The position numbers and the translations under genes are program-made. Under the pieces are notes generated by a model that did not search any database, was not told the DNA's origin, and was given only the letters and a program-made list of their open reading frames with translations. DNA of 64,000 bases, from positions 1,612,001 to 1,676,000 of the forward strand of contig CM035353.1 in NCBI GenBank assembly GCA_020137815.1, read 5' to 3'. Source of the DNA: Hormiphora californensis. Its lineage: Eukaryota > Animalia > Ctenophora. Positions 34,101 through 47,254 of this stretch are shown here, piece by piece. Every line of letters starts with the position of its first letter. Within the stretch, counting starts at the first letter, position 1.

Positions 34101-37100
34101 CCCCCCTTTTTTTTTTTTTCCCCCCCCTTTTCCCCTGGGGGGGGTTAAAACCCTTTGGTTTTCCCAAAAAACCGGGTTTTTGGGTTTTTCCCCAAAAAAA
34201 GGGGGCCTTCCCCAAAATTTTTTTTTTCCCCCCTTTTTTTTTTTTATTTTTTTTTTTTAAACAGTTGATTCCCGAGATAACCCCTTTAATTTGAGTGGTG
34301 CTTCTACCATCAATGGCTCTTTCAGCAGACTTTCCCCCATTAAACAAACAGAAGGTTTCCCAAAGAGGGTCTGTCATACTAAATTTCCCAAGAATAAAAA
34401 TCACAAGTTTCAATTCTCCTTTAAAATTTTTCCAGGTATTTTTGTAGAATTTAAAAAAAACCCTTCCCGGGCAGTGTACACAAAAAATTTCCCAAAAAAT
34501 TAACAATTTTAAATTTTTTTTAATTTTCAGAAACAAAAATGTGGGGTGGAAAAATTTCCCAAAAAGTTTCGTGCAAAAAAAAAAAACGGGGGGGTGCGGA
34601 CCCCATGATTTTAAAAACACCCAAAATAAAATCGGGGGATTTGGCCGCAGGGGGGCCGGGGGAAAGAAGTTTTCTGTGCCCGGACCCCTTTTTTTTGGGT
34701 TCGAGGTTGGGGCTAGGGGTTCAAAAGGTTTAGGGTTAGATATAGGTTCCCCCTTTGGGTTTAGATATAAGTCCTTATCAAAGAGTCCCCCCCAAACCCC
34801 TTTTTAAAAAAAAAAACAAACCGGGGGTTTAAAAAAATTAAACCTTTTTTTTCAGATGTTTTTTCGCCCCAATTATTTTTGGGGGGGGAGATCAGAAATT
34901 TCTGGCCCCTCAAAAATTTACGGGGTCCGAACAAACCCTTTTTTACAGGTTTTTTTTTAAAATTTTTTTTTAAAAAATTTCCTATGCAAAAAATTTTTTT
35001 ACTAAAACCGTTTTTTTTAAAAACGATAGTAAGGGTAAAACCTTATCATTTAAACCCCTATTTTAAACCCTTAAAGGGGTGTTTTTGCACGAAACTATTT
35101 CCGATCGAAAACAAAAACCAACTTCCCAGGGTCTTCCCCCCAGTGGGGGGAAAAGGGGGGGTAAAATTGACGGGGGATTAAACCCAACCGATGCAAAAAC
35201 CCCCAAACCCCCTTTTTAATTTCAAAATTTTCCAAAAAAGTCCTAGGGTTACCCCGGGAAACTTGACAGATGTTGTTGGGTTTAAAGAAGATCTTTTGTT
35301 CACGTATTACAACGACCAAAATTTGCAAAAGGTGTTTGCAACATTCACCCTAACATTTACCAAAATTAGGTTCGGGAAATAAGATTTTCCTGGGGTGAAT
35401 TCGATGTTTTTTTTTGGGCTAAACCTACTTTTTCTCTCTTCCCAAACTTCACCCTTTATATGAATTTTTTTTATTTCACCTGGTATTAACTTTTGGGGAA
35501 GTCGCTCCAAAAAAGGAAGTTTCAATTTTTAAAAAGCTTTTTTTAAAAAAAACAGCTTCAAAATTTTTCAGATTCCTTTTGCGCATTATGGGGGGGGATT
35601 TCGTCCATAGTGGACGGGATAAATTTTTTATTTGTTAAAAAGGGGGGCGGCGGGTTTTTTTCCCAATTTCCCTACCCAGTCACTAAGGCATTATTGACTT
35701 TATTATTTTACTGCCTAAAAGGCATTTAAACAGGGCCAAAATGTATTTACCCGTTCCCTTTTGTTAAACTGGTAGGGTCTTTGGCATTGGGGGTTCCCCC
35801 CCCACCCATATCCCCAATATTTTGTGTGCAAATTGAAGTATGGGCCCAAAAATTGGAAAAATTTTGGAGTTTGAATTTTGAAAATGGCCCCCGAATTATG
35901 TCCCTTTTTTGAAAAGCAACCAAACTTTGTTTTAAAGGGGTTGGTTTGGAAACCCGGGCCCCCCGACCCCCGGGGGGGCGTGCCGCCGAATCCCCCCCGA
36001 AATTTAACCCCCGGACCGAAAGCCTTTTAACTGGGTTTTTTCGACCCGGGGAATTTTCCGGGGAAAATGATTAAGGGGAGGGGATTTTGGGTTAACCTGT
36101 TCCGGGCTCCTACCATTCGAAAATCAAAGGATTTGTTTTGAGGGGGTTGTGATTTTGCCGAAAGGGGGGTTTGCCTTCCCCAAAAGTTTTTGGTCCCAAG
36201 GTTTCTTTCAAATGAGAGGTTCCAATGTGGGGCCAGGTGGGGTTTTTTTCCAAAATTTAAATGCGGGGGCCCCCGGGGTTCCCATTGGGGTTTAAAAAAA
36301 TAAATTGCCGAATTTTTGGGGGGTTGGGTTTGGGAAAACGAAAAGGGGAGCCGGGAAATTAAAAAAGGGTTTGGTTGATTGATCGTCCCAAAAATTGGTT
36401 TTTTTTGCATGGGAAAAAGTTTCATCCAGGGGAAAAAAAAAAAGGGTTTGATTTTTTTTTTTGGGGTTTAAAAAATTTCTAAATTTTTGTTGGGTGGCTT
36501 GGTAGGGGTTTAAGGGGGTTCTGATTTCTTGTTCCCGTTTTATACAAAAATTCCTTTTTTTTTTTTTTAAAAATTGGGAAAAAGAGTTTACTATTTCAGA
36601 AAAACAAAAAATTGTTTGATTTTTTTTGGGGAAACATTTTTCCATTCCTTTTTTTTTTTTTTTGTAGGGGGGGAAAAGGGAAAAAGTTTTTCCCCTTACT
36701 CGGGCCGGGATGTAACAATTTTTTTAAAATTGGGGTGACGCAAACAATTCCGGAAATTTAAAAAGTTGCTCCAAAATTTCAAGTTGGGCCCGGTTTTTTG
36801 GGGGTTTTGGCCAAAAATTTGGGGATTGGGAAAATTTTATTTTCCCAAAATTTTGTGGTGGGGCCCCGGTTTTTTTGGTTTTTTAGAAAATTTATAAAAA
36901 ACGGGGCAAAGTTTGAAGGGTTTTTGGGGGAGGGTTTTTGGAAAGAATTTTTTTAGAAAAACAAAAAAAATTTGGTTTTTTTTTTATCCCCCAAACAAAA
37001 ACCCAAAGGGTTTGGCAAGGGGGGGTTTTGGAAACTTTTTATTTTAAGCCTTTTTTTGACCCCCAAAACCCCAAGGGGTTTTTACCTTTGCCTTTTGCCC

Positions 37101-38450
37101 CCTTTTTTTTTTCAGGGCCGTCATCTTTTGGGTTTTCGGGTCGGGGGGTACTGTTTCACAAAAACTTGGGGTGGGGTTAACGACGTTCCCTGTGTACTAT
37201 TTTTTTTTCATGACCCCAAAATGGAAGTGGAGGGGGGTTTTTTCCCCTTTCCCAAAGGGGGTTTTTAAGTTGCTTTCCCACTTAGGGGGAAATTATACTT
37301 GCCCTACGATTTTAGGGGGGCCCGGGGAAGTTGGCCGGGAAAGGTTTTTTTTTGATTTGGGAAAAATTTACTTTATCCAGTGCCGGGATTTGGGACTTTT
37401 CTAGTCTGATTTCTGTTTTTTCCGCTCCTTTTTCCCGGCTCTGGAGGATTGGGGTTTGTTTTAAAGGGGGGCCCGGGTTTTTTCCCCGAGAATTAAAAAT
37501 CTTTCTGGGTTTGTGGACAAGGTTTTAAAAAACTTTCCCTCATCCCAAGGGATAAAGGGGAAAAGAAGGGAAAGGGTTTTTTAAAAGCGAGGTGGGGAAA
37601 GAATCAGCTGGGGGGGGTTTATCAACAGGCCGTTAGGCCATTTTTTTTCCATGACCCTAAAGGGTTTTTCCAGGGGCGGGAAAAAAAAAGGGCATTTTAT
37701 GGTTTTTTGACGCCCCATTTTATCTTCCAAAAAATTTGTCCTTTTGGGTTAGCCTCAAGAAAGGTTTGTTTTGGGGGTTTGGGGCTTTTTCAAAAAATGT
37801 GTCTGCTTTTTTTTTATTGTATGATGGTATTTTCACCCTTTTTTTAATTGGGCCCTTTTGGGCCAGCCCGGGAAAACCCCAATTGTTATGTTGCAGAAAC
37901 CCAAAAGGAAAATTCAGGGTAAAAATAAAGGGGTTTTAATCCCCTGAATTTCTGTTTGGGTTTGGGGCCCCTTTTTCGTTTGCTGGTTCCTTCACACGGC
38001 CGAGGTGGTAGAATGACACCTTTTGGTAATCGACCCCTTTTCCCCTTTTCAATATACCCCCTTAACCTTGTCCCGGGTTAACCCAATACTAAAACTCGGA
38101 TCTCTATACGAGAATCCAAAGAGTTGATGGATTCCCTTTTTACAAGAATGACATCATTCATGGGGGATATGGAAAACCAAAAAAAAAGAAGGGGCTCTCT
38201 CGGTAATTAAAAAAGAAGGGGTCATAGGTGAAAATTAGATGGGCCAGGGCCCCCTCTAGGGCAGAAAAAAAAAAGAAAAAGCAAAGAGGGCCTTTCCATG
38301 CTAAAAGGGAAAAAGGGGTTTTTTTTCCCGAAAGGGGGTTTTTTGGGGGGAAAATTTACAGAAAATAACAATTTTTGATTGTTTTGTTTCCCCGTGAATT
38401 CCCTTTTGAAGGGAAATGTTTAGTATCCAGTTTATAGGTGAGCCTGGATT
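31155..38450. other. Homopolymer-inflated, probably artefactual long-read tract
   Basis: 31.15-34.25 kb is almost purely runs of A/T/G/C, grading back to normal complexity by ~38.4 kb; ORFs are only F/K/G/P runs. Confidence 0.85.
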
Positions 38451-38840
38451 TTGTTGTTAAAGAAGGATGATTATTTATTATGTAGAAGGTGCCGTGATGG
38501 TTTGGCGATGCTTAGTATCTCACTCATTAAATTTGAACAGTCGGTTACAAAGTTATTCAAAAAAGTGCCATACTATCTCCATGAAGTTCAATTGAAGACA
38601 AACAACTGGAATGAAACAAAGATAAGCCGTGATAATACTATTAATAGATACTACATGTAATAGATAAAAAACTGTGATAGATAAAAACTGTGATGTGGAC
38701 ACTGCACTATTTTATTGTTTGCCAATTACTAGTACATAGTTGTGAGTCGTCTTGACGCTTTGTTAAATACGTTGCTGTTCATTGTTATTGTTCATTAAGT
38801 TCATGATCAACACTTATTTTTGGTTTTAAATATCGATTAA

Positions 38841-38974
38841 TTATGCCAAAAACTAACAGAAATTAGTTGGCTGGAAAGGTGACCATTTTGTTGTCAAACT
38901 GACACCTTTGCCCTATCCGGGTTTCATCATTATCTTTCCCTCTCTGATTTCTATCTCTCTCTATCTCTCTCTCT

Positions 38975-39047
<73 letters not shown>

Positions 39048-39200
39048 CCTATCTCTCTCTTTCTCTCTTCTCAAACTCCCTGATTTACCCCTGATTTACC
39101 CCATCGTTGATATCCGTAACCCGGGCCGGGCAAAGGTGTCAGTTTGACAACAAAATGGTCACCTTTCCAGCCAACTAATTTCTGTTAGTTTTTGGCATAA
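38841..39200. repeat. ~75-bp inverted repeat enclosing a (CT)n microsatellite
   Basis: TTATGCCAAAAACTAACAGAAATTAG...CACCTTTGCCC, with its reverse complement at 39128-39200. Confidence 0.8.
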
Positions 39201-40304
39201 TTGGGGTATATTTTTGGTATTTTCTGATGTGAAATACAATGTAAGACATGTCTGGACACGTGTAAAGACCGTCAGGAATCGCTAAAATACGAAAATTTCG
39301 ATTTTGACGTCATTATGACGTCATAGCGTGACGTCACGACGTTATAACGTCATGATAGGGATGTATTATTATCAGACTCATCTAGATAAAGATGCTGACC
39401 AAGTTTGAGATCGATTGGATAAGATTTGAGGTCTTTATGGAGAAAAACGTACTATCGTCATATCTATTTTCATACAGTCTTAACACTTCAGACGCGATTT
39501 AAGACCCTTAGAACTAGAGTTTCACAAATTCGCAATATAGTTTCTGAAAGTATAGACGATTATCTTTCGTAAGTGTGGTCTCCGTTTTTCAATCAGAAGC
39601 CGTCTTCAGGGTGCAAATTGAGCTCAAAGAAATTTGGTTGATTTGAAAAAACTCGTATCTAGAACTCGGACCTAGAACATGAAAACTATTCGTCTACACA
39701 ATTTAAACGATCATCTTTCGAATGCAACAAACGAGAAGTGTCTATCTTATGTCGTTTTCTCTCAAAAATGATTATAAATTTGGTAAAAACAGCGTCTATC
39801 CATAGATACATAGATAGATAGATAGACCCGGGACATTTATTGCTTTTGGCACGATGCTGTATCTCTAAAACTAAAAAAGATAGAGACTTGCCCTTTTAAA
39901 CTACAGTAGATCTAGACTATGTAACACTGTATACCAAGTTTCAGACCGATCGGTGCAGTGGGGGCCTCCCTATGGGCGTCGCAAAATGCCATTTTTGGCT
40001 AAAAACTGAAAAAAGTTATTACTGCACTCTGGCACGCACGGCTGGGGGGAGGGGATTGTCACCTTTGCGCTTGCCAGCGCAGTGACAGTCTGAGTTCGGA
40101 GTTTGGACCCCCTATAATTCACACCATAGAAAGAATATCTTCATCAATAACAGTGGTGTTCCGTCATATATTGTTCGCACACTCAGTGCCCCTATGGGCC
40201 ATGTGTCGTTCACAGTGTGTCGTTCACAGTGTGGTTTACAGCGTCCAAAATGCACAAAAAAGCATACATTGTTAGTTAGACGCTGGGAACGATGAGGTGA
40301 GCTA

Positions 40305-41192
40305 CGTGTGGGGCAATAAAAATGCCCCCCCCCCCAAGTATACCATAGTTCCAGATATCGTGGAGCGATACAACTTGGTACAGTAACTCTATACTATGAG
40401 ACAAATAAATAACTTGACCAAAATTTCAGACCTCTAGCTCAAAATTAGTTTTTTTATAGGAATGAACATTGTCATTCATTCCAGGAAAAAATATTTTCCG
40501 GTCCAAAATTTAACCAATTATGTTTGGCTATCGATGAACTTTCCAATGCGACCAAAATCAGCTTAATTGGACAACCACAAGAGACACTGCAGCCATGTTT
40601 CTAAAGGTTAGTCAGGTCATGTGATCCTCGCCGAATCATGAAGAGATTCGGTATTGCTAATCAGGCCAAGGGGCAGAGGGATCTCGTATCACGGCCGCTA
40701 ATGAGGTACGTGTACCGATACAGGGTGATGTGATTCGAGGAAAGAGGACATTTATCAGCTACAGATCTCATGACCAATCAGCATCGTCATCCCTCATTAG
40801 CAGCCGTGATACGTGATTCTCTACCACTTAGACCGATTCGCAATACTGAACACTCAACGATTAGGTGAGGATCACATGACCTGACTAACTTTAAGAAACA
40901 TGACACTGTGTCTCTTGTGATTGTCCAATTTAGCTGATCTTGGTCACATTGGAAAACTAATCGATAGCCAAACATAATTGCTTGAATTCTGGACCAAAAA
41001 ATTATTTTTCTTGGAATGAATGACAATGTTCATTCCGATCAAAAAAAATGAATTTTGAGCTAGAGGTCTGAAATTTTGGTCAAGTTATTTATTTGTCTCA
41101 TAGAGTTACTGTACCAAATTTTAGCGCTCCACGATATCTGGAACTATGGTAGACTTGGGGGGGGGGGGGGGCATTTTTATTGCCCCACACGG
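40305..41192. mobile_element. Foldback element with ~330-bp inverted arms, TA-flanked
   Basis: CGTGTGGGGCAATAAAAATGCCCC... is the reverse complement of ...GGGGCATTTTTATTGCCCCACACG. Confidence 0.8.
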
Positions 41193-41827
41193 TATGTGAG
41201 TGGCGAATATTGCGGAGCACCGCACAGTGATTGGTACGGGGATCACAGCCCTCATTGAGCCTAACTGCATCGATCTGCTATCTGCTGCAAATAAATAGAA
41301 GACAAAACAGACCATCCCTTTGTGATAGTATCACATCCATATTATGGAGTCTTGAAGTCTAGAATGGCTGAAAATATATAAGAGCTTTAAAAAAGCTCTT
41401 CTCCTCTCCATCGCCGCATGTCAAAACGCGATGCAGCCGCTTCCGAAATACAGGGAATCTCTCTATCCCTCAAATAACGGGTTTCACAAAGGAATCCCCT
41501 CACAGTTCACATCTTCTTCCCGGGAGCAGCACACCAAAGAAGAATAACAGCACCAACGGCCAGAAACGAGCCCCGCCCCCTATAGCCTTGGGCTAATTAT
41601 GCACCCCTATCTTAACTCCCAAAATTCCATGCTTTCACTGCAAAAATAAAGCTACATCCACCACCTATAATCGCTATCCATTTTTTCCTCTTGTTCTCTC
41701 CACACCTCTGGCCATGATGGAGATTGGGGAAATTCTTGCCTCCCCTTCACACCCCTGATGCTTTGCTTCACGCAGGGTGTGGCAAAAGTAATGGTGTTGT
41801 CTTCTGCAGTAGGGCAGATCAAGCGTT

Positions 41828-41917
<90 letters not shown>

Positions 41918-41931
41918 CTTTCTCTCTCTCT

Positions 41932-41997
<66 letters not shown>

Positions 41998-42043
41998 AAA
42001 AAAAGAAGAAAGTCTAACGTCACAACGACAGGCCAGGATTTAA

Positions 42044-42512
42044 AGTGAGAGTGGACCGAATCAGAACTGGACAAGTTTGTTGTAGCTGTAGTAGAGATTA
42101 GCTTTCTGAGCATTTTGCGTTTTTTCCGCTCAAAATCGACCCACCCATCACTGAGATATTTTTGTTATGTTGGGAGAATTCCTGCTGGATCAATATTTAT
42201 CAAACAGGATAGAAACAATCCTTGTGTTTTACTAACACATTCTTTAAATTTTTAACACGCTGGCTTGCATTGCCCTGCTTCTTTGCATGGACATGTCAAC
42301 CTCACTGCTTATATTCAGAATGTGTTAGTAAAACAACACGATTGTTTCTATTCTGTTTTATACATACTGATTAAACAGTTCTCCCAACATAACAAAAATA
42401 TCTCAGTGATGGGTGGGTCGATTTTGAGCGGCAAAAACGCAAAATGCTCAGAAAGTTAATCTCATACTACCTACAACAAACTTGTCCAATTCTGATTCGG
42501 TCCACTCTCACT
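42044..42512. mobile_element. Kolobok-like foldback MITE
   Basis: TTAA|AGTGAGAGTGGACCGAATCAGAA...TTCTGATTCGGTCCACTCTCACT|TTAA; ~200-bp arms. Confidence 0.85.
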
Positions 42513-43184
42513 TTAAACTCCTTGAGGCGATATACATTGTATTGCCTGAGTCTTGCATAGGCATAACGCTACCTTGTTCCAGACAACGACGCTATTAGGA
42601 AAATCCCAAGTCTTGCTTGGATAGAGTGGGAGTTAGACTCCTTGGAGCGTTTGAGGTGATATGCTTTGCATAGGCCGAATAGCAGCACTAAGAAAAATCA
42701 AAAACAACCGCAAAAGTTGCGGTTCCAAGGACAAAAACCCGCCACTCCTGCAGCAAAAAGTATAAATTTAAGTTAGTGCGTTTGTGTAATGTGTGTGTGT
42801 GTGGCTGCATGCACTTCTTGTTTAGATATTCTCCAGACGGTTTTATGATATCTTGGTAAGCTATCTTTGGGATCATATCCCCATTTGGAATGAAATGGTG
42901 GTTGGGGTGCAGGTGCTAGTGTATCAAATATGACTCAAAAGTATGTTCTGTAGAATGTATTATATAGATGAATTTGTTTATATATAGACAAATATATCAT
43001 ATATTTACCCTGTCGTATAATAATGTAGACTTCTCGAAGGTTCATGATTATGTCATTTTTATCGGTTGGCTCCTTTTCGTCATCATAAAGGTAAACAGAA
43101 AGGGCCGGCTCTATTCTATACGGACAAGAAAGTGTGTAGGTTTGGGCCTCTTGAGTCTTATCAGGACTAACAGAGTTGATCGTC

Positions 43185-44435
43185 TTACAACTTATCGTTT
43201 TGCATCGAATTTCGTCTTCTTGTTTTTAACAGTACCACAGCAAATGGCTACCTTGTAGCTTTTATACAAAACAGCGAAAAAATGGAGATTGACAAAAACT
43301 GGTACGATGAATGGACACAAAAAGTGAAGAGGCTACCAGTCACCATGAACAACGTTCTGGGGAGAGAATGGGAGGCCGACCAGAAGAACGGATGGAAGGA
43401 CGCCACTTGGCAGATAATGCGAGGTGAAAACTGGGATGCTTTGATTGAACTAATGGAAAATACGGTTAAAATGTACAAACTGCTGAACGTTGCCGATGAT
43501 ATCTTCGCCAAGTCCACTACAAATGAATCTGTCAAGCAAACAGCTGTGGACAGACTAAGTGCAGACAAGGAGACCGCAGATTGCGAGGAAACGTTGGCGG
43601 ATATGGAATCGGTCGGTAATGCATCTGAGTCACTATCCTGGATGCTTGATCGCAAATTGGAATCAGATGATTATGCATCTGGCCCTGGGTCAATATCAAT
43701 GTCTAGTGAAATTGCTTCCTATAAAGAGGAAAAAACGGGACCCACTGACAAGCGGCAGAATGTTATCGTGTTTTTACCTGCAGACATGGATGGCTCTATT
43801 CAGGATGAGGCGATTGAAAAAGCTTTTGCATACCTTGGGTGTGAACAATTTAGTATAATGAACACGGAAATGGTCAGGGACAGAGGTGAGGACTGCAACG
43901 GGAAAATTGTACTTAGAGTACAAATGAACACAGTAAAACAAGCATCAAAAGCCCTTGCTAATGCGTACAAACTGAAGAACTACCCTGTGCCTGGAATCTA
44001 CATTGCCAAGGATATGACATACCATCAACGGCTAAAGATGCGAGAACTTGTGAAGACTCTACGGTACAGGATAGAAATGCTACCAAAGTACCGATGGAAA
44101 ATTGTTGATTGGGAAGTGGTTAACGTTGGTCGTTTCAAGAAACAAGAGCAAGATTTCAAGCATGATTTGATGAACAGTTATAGTGGTTCACTGGATAGTA
44201 TTTCTAATGGACCACTATAGTCAGTGGTGAAGTTTTTTGAGACAAATATGGAGTAATACGAGAAGTCAATAAAACTGAGTGAAAGGGTGTCCTGCCTAAT
44301 GCAGACACCAACGATATAAACATTTTGAAATTACTATTGTGGGACATGGAAGTGAGTCTAGACATTATTTGCGTAGAGTACATGTCGAGTTGGCCGTGTG
44401 GCCAAAATCTTTATTATTATTATTATTATTATTAT
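43185..44435 (+). mobile_element. ORF1-only non-autonomous LINE-like retroposon with (TTA)n tail and 6-bp TSD
   Basis: ATCGTC at 43179-43184 and 44436-44441; single 312-aa ORF; 3' GGCC-GTGT-GGCC hairpin followed by ~8 TTA units. Confidence 0.85.
43282..44220 (+). CDS. LINE ORF1-like protein (CR1/L2-type C-terminal RRM/CTD region)
   Basis: KRQNVIVF...LRVQM...ALANAYKLK...IYIAKDMTYHQR...RELVKTLR parallels the ORF1 pattern of 47407-48276. Confidence 0.75.
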   Translation: MEIDKNWYDEWTQKVKRLPVTMNNVLGREWEADQKNGWKDATWQIMRGENWDALIELMENTVKMYKLLNVADDIFAKSTTNESVKQTAVDRLSADKETADCEETLADMESVGNASESLSWMLDRKLESDDYASGPGSISMSSEIASYKEEKTGPTDKRQNVIVFLPADMDGSIQDEAIEKAFAYLGCEQFSIMNTEMVRDRGEDCNGKIVLRVQMNTVKQASKALANAYKLKNYPVPGIYIAKDMTYHQRLKMRELVKTLRYRIEMLPKYRWKIVDWEVVNVGRFKKQEQDFKHDLMNSYSGSLDSISNGPL

Positions 44436-47254
44436 ATCGTCCCGCAGGAGGTGTTGAAGGTTGTTCCGATAAGAGACACTTGTGTACCCAGTAATCGTCT
44501 TATGGCGTAGGAAAAACCGCTAAACCTATATTATATAGAAAAGGAAATTTATTAACTAGTAACGATACTGCAATACAATTAAGATCTGTTTTATCTGATC
44601 AGTGTTTCACATACCTATTGATAATAACTATTTTGTCCACTCTCGACTGATGCCTAGCAAGTGTCAAATTCAGCCATTGCGGTTTAGTACCACCGTTTGA
44701 ATGGTACCGTGTACTAGGATCGCCATCAATAGCTTTTGATGGTCCGTCACTGGAATATACGGTTCTTGAAGTAGCCCCACTGAATGCACTTGATGCTCCA
44801 GATTTGATAGAGTATCCATTGGAAAGGGGCAGAAGAAGGAAAAGAAGAACAAACATGCTAAATAGAGATTAAATTATTTGCAGGAGTTTCACTAGCTATA
44901 CTACTCCTGTAATGACTCGAGAAAATAAATAAATACGCAGGATTCTATCACAGGACCATCTTACTATGCAGATCCGTGAACCCCGAATTACCAATTAGGG
45001 GGAAAGTTGTGTGAAGTTTATTAACATTTTTGAGGCTTATAGTCCCTGGAAAATGACTAAGGCGGTTCGTTATGCGCGTTACCGGTAGTTTCAGGAGCAT
45101 ATCAAGCAGGAAACGCGAGTTACAAGTGATTCCAGTGATTGGTTTTAGATGTTGGGAAACATTAGGCGGACCAAATTTGCAAAAAAAAGAAGTTGGAGGT
45201 GAACGACGTCAAAGTGGTGGCCGTTCGTTCAGCGGTATCTAAGCGACAGTGCTCCTTCATAAAACACTTTATGTACCCAAAGCTGTAAAGCTGTTACTCA
45301 CACTTTTGGAACTTCCAGTGGAAGTTTGTTAATATTTTCGAATGACTTTTAACATGCCAGTCCCCATAGTTACCAATTCAGTTGCCATGGCAACCGTGTT
45401 ATTGCCGTTGAAAGGGGCGAAAAGAACTGCCCGGCGAAGCCGGGTGGGGTATCAAAAAGCCCTTACTTGAGGCACACCCAATGGGTGCGCTAGTCTCTAT
45501 TAAAAAAGGCAGATGAACGTCTAGGTAGTGATGAAGCAACATTTGCACGTGCAAGTTTGGAGGTGGAGTGGGAGGGTGATAGGGGGCCTCAGGGATTTGC
45601 ACGTGCAAATTGAGTTCTTGAGCAATATTGAAACTTTATAGCTCTTCTGAAAGAGCTCGACCCCCTCTTTCTAAAGATCCCAGGAAATTTGAAATTGGTT
45701 GAGAAATTGGTTTTTCTAAAGAGGGGGAGACAGGGAGATGAGAGATCAGAGGGAGAGAGGGACATGAGAGAGAGAGAGAGAGTGTCATTAGAGGGGAGCT
45801 TTTTTCGTCTGTTTGAGCATTTATGTTAATACCCCCACCACGCTCAAGATAAATACCCCACCACGTACAAACTCAAGATAAATACCCCCACGTACCCAGT
45901 AACATGAATAATTAATGTCACAGTTATCTAGTAGCAGGAAAGATTGCACGGTGGGCACCTTGAACCGCCTTAGTCATTTTCCAGGGACTATAGTACGTGG
46001 CGTGTAACAAGAGAGTCTTTGGCAAGATGTTAAATGTAAACCCTGCTGCTCTACAGAAGACAACACCATTACACCCTGCGTGAAGGAAAGCATCAGCTGC
46101 GAGAAACATACATTAGAATGGAGAGAGCTAGAAGGGAAGGCAATAATTTTTCTCAATCTCAAGAGAGATAGAGAGATAGAGAGATAGAGCGATAGAGCGA
46201 TAGAGCGATAGAGTTATTGAGACGTTAACGGTGTTCAAAATCGGGCTTTTTACCGTATTTTGCTCATTTGGAGCATCTTAAAAGCCAAATAACGGCTAAA
46301 CGGTTGAAGATTGAGCTTAAAAGTTCGACGTGGACCCCCCATAACTTTGCTTTGCCTACAAAATGGCACCAATGAAAAGTCTTTAAACCATTCTTAAGTG
46401 GCTATAGCCATATAGCCAAAAAACGGTTATGCGCAAACCTAATTATCCAATTATCTAATTAACCAGATGAGATAGAGACTTAATTTCAGCACCTACCCCT
46501 ACTAATTCGAGGACGCTGATCATTTTGGTGCCCTCAGTTTTGTCTCCACTCCTTTCTCAAGTGGCTATATAGCCATATAGACAACTAGCGGTTATGCACA
46601 AACCTAATTATCCAATTGGCAATTATCTAATTAACCAGATGAAACTTAATTCCGGCACCTACCCCCACTAATGCGAGGACGCTGATCACTTTAGTGCCCT
46701 CGATTTTATCTCCACTCCTATTTCAAGGGTACTTATGGTTTTGGCCTCAGGCTGAAAATGCAGGAACCACGCCCACCCGGAAATGAGGCCTTAGCACCCC
46801 TGAACAAATATGAACATTGGTTGGAGTCGATAGAGGGGACCCTTAGGAGTACATTTGAGGTGGAAATCCTTTGTAACAAATTTTTTTGTGGTGTTCCTGG
46901 CTTATCACCTTACTATGTACAATTCGATTTTTATGTGATGAATTTTCATATTTCTGTAGTTTTATACACAATAGATCGTACTGTATAATAACATGTTGTC
47001 ATCGTGTATAACATGACGTGTACACTGCATAACATGACGTGTACAGCGTGTACAGTTTACACTGTATGATTGTATTGGTTACTTTGTGTTTGTTCAACAT
47101 TGCACATCTTGTGTTGTTACCAGCTTTTACTAAATCTTCTTTTATAACTAAGTTCTCCGCCACATAAAATAGGGTTTTATTCCGTTCTGTCGGGTGTAAA
47201 TTTAAAATTTATATAGAACTCAACCGGAAAGAAATGGTCGAATGTGTGATTAAT

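Larger units (their letters stand above)
42916..44856 (-). pseudogene. Secreted F-type lectin / discoidin (F5/8C-like) gene with exon 2 interrupted by a retroelement
   Basis: Exon 1 (44856-44615): signal peptide + PSKAIDG...YHS...QWLNLTL...VDKIVIIN. Exon 2 halves 44525-44436 (RFSGFSYAIRRLLGTQVSL...SCGT) and 43178-43009 (INSV...QTYTLSC...IMNLREVYII) rejoin in frame once the insert and one TSD are removed. The short last exon is tentative. Confidence 0.8.

Noticed and set aside
31154-37939. Numerous F/K/G/P-rich ORFs
   Set aside because: They are translations of homopolymer runs in a probably artefactual tract.
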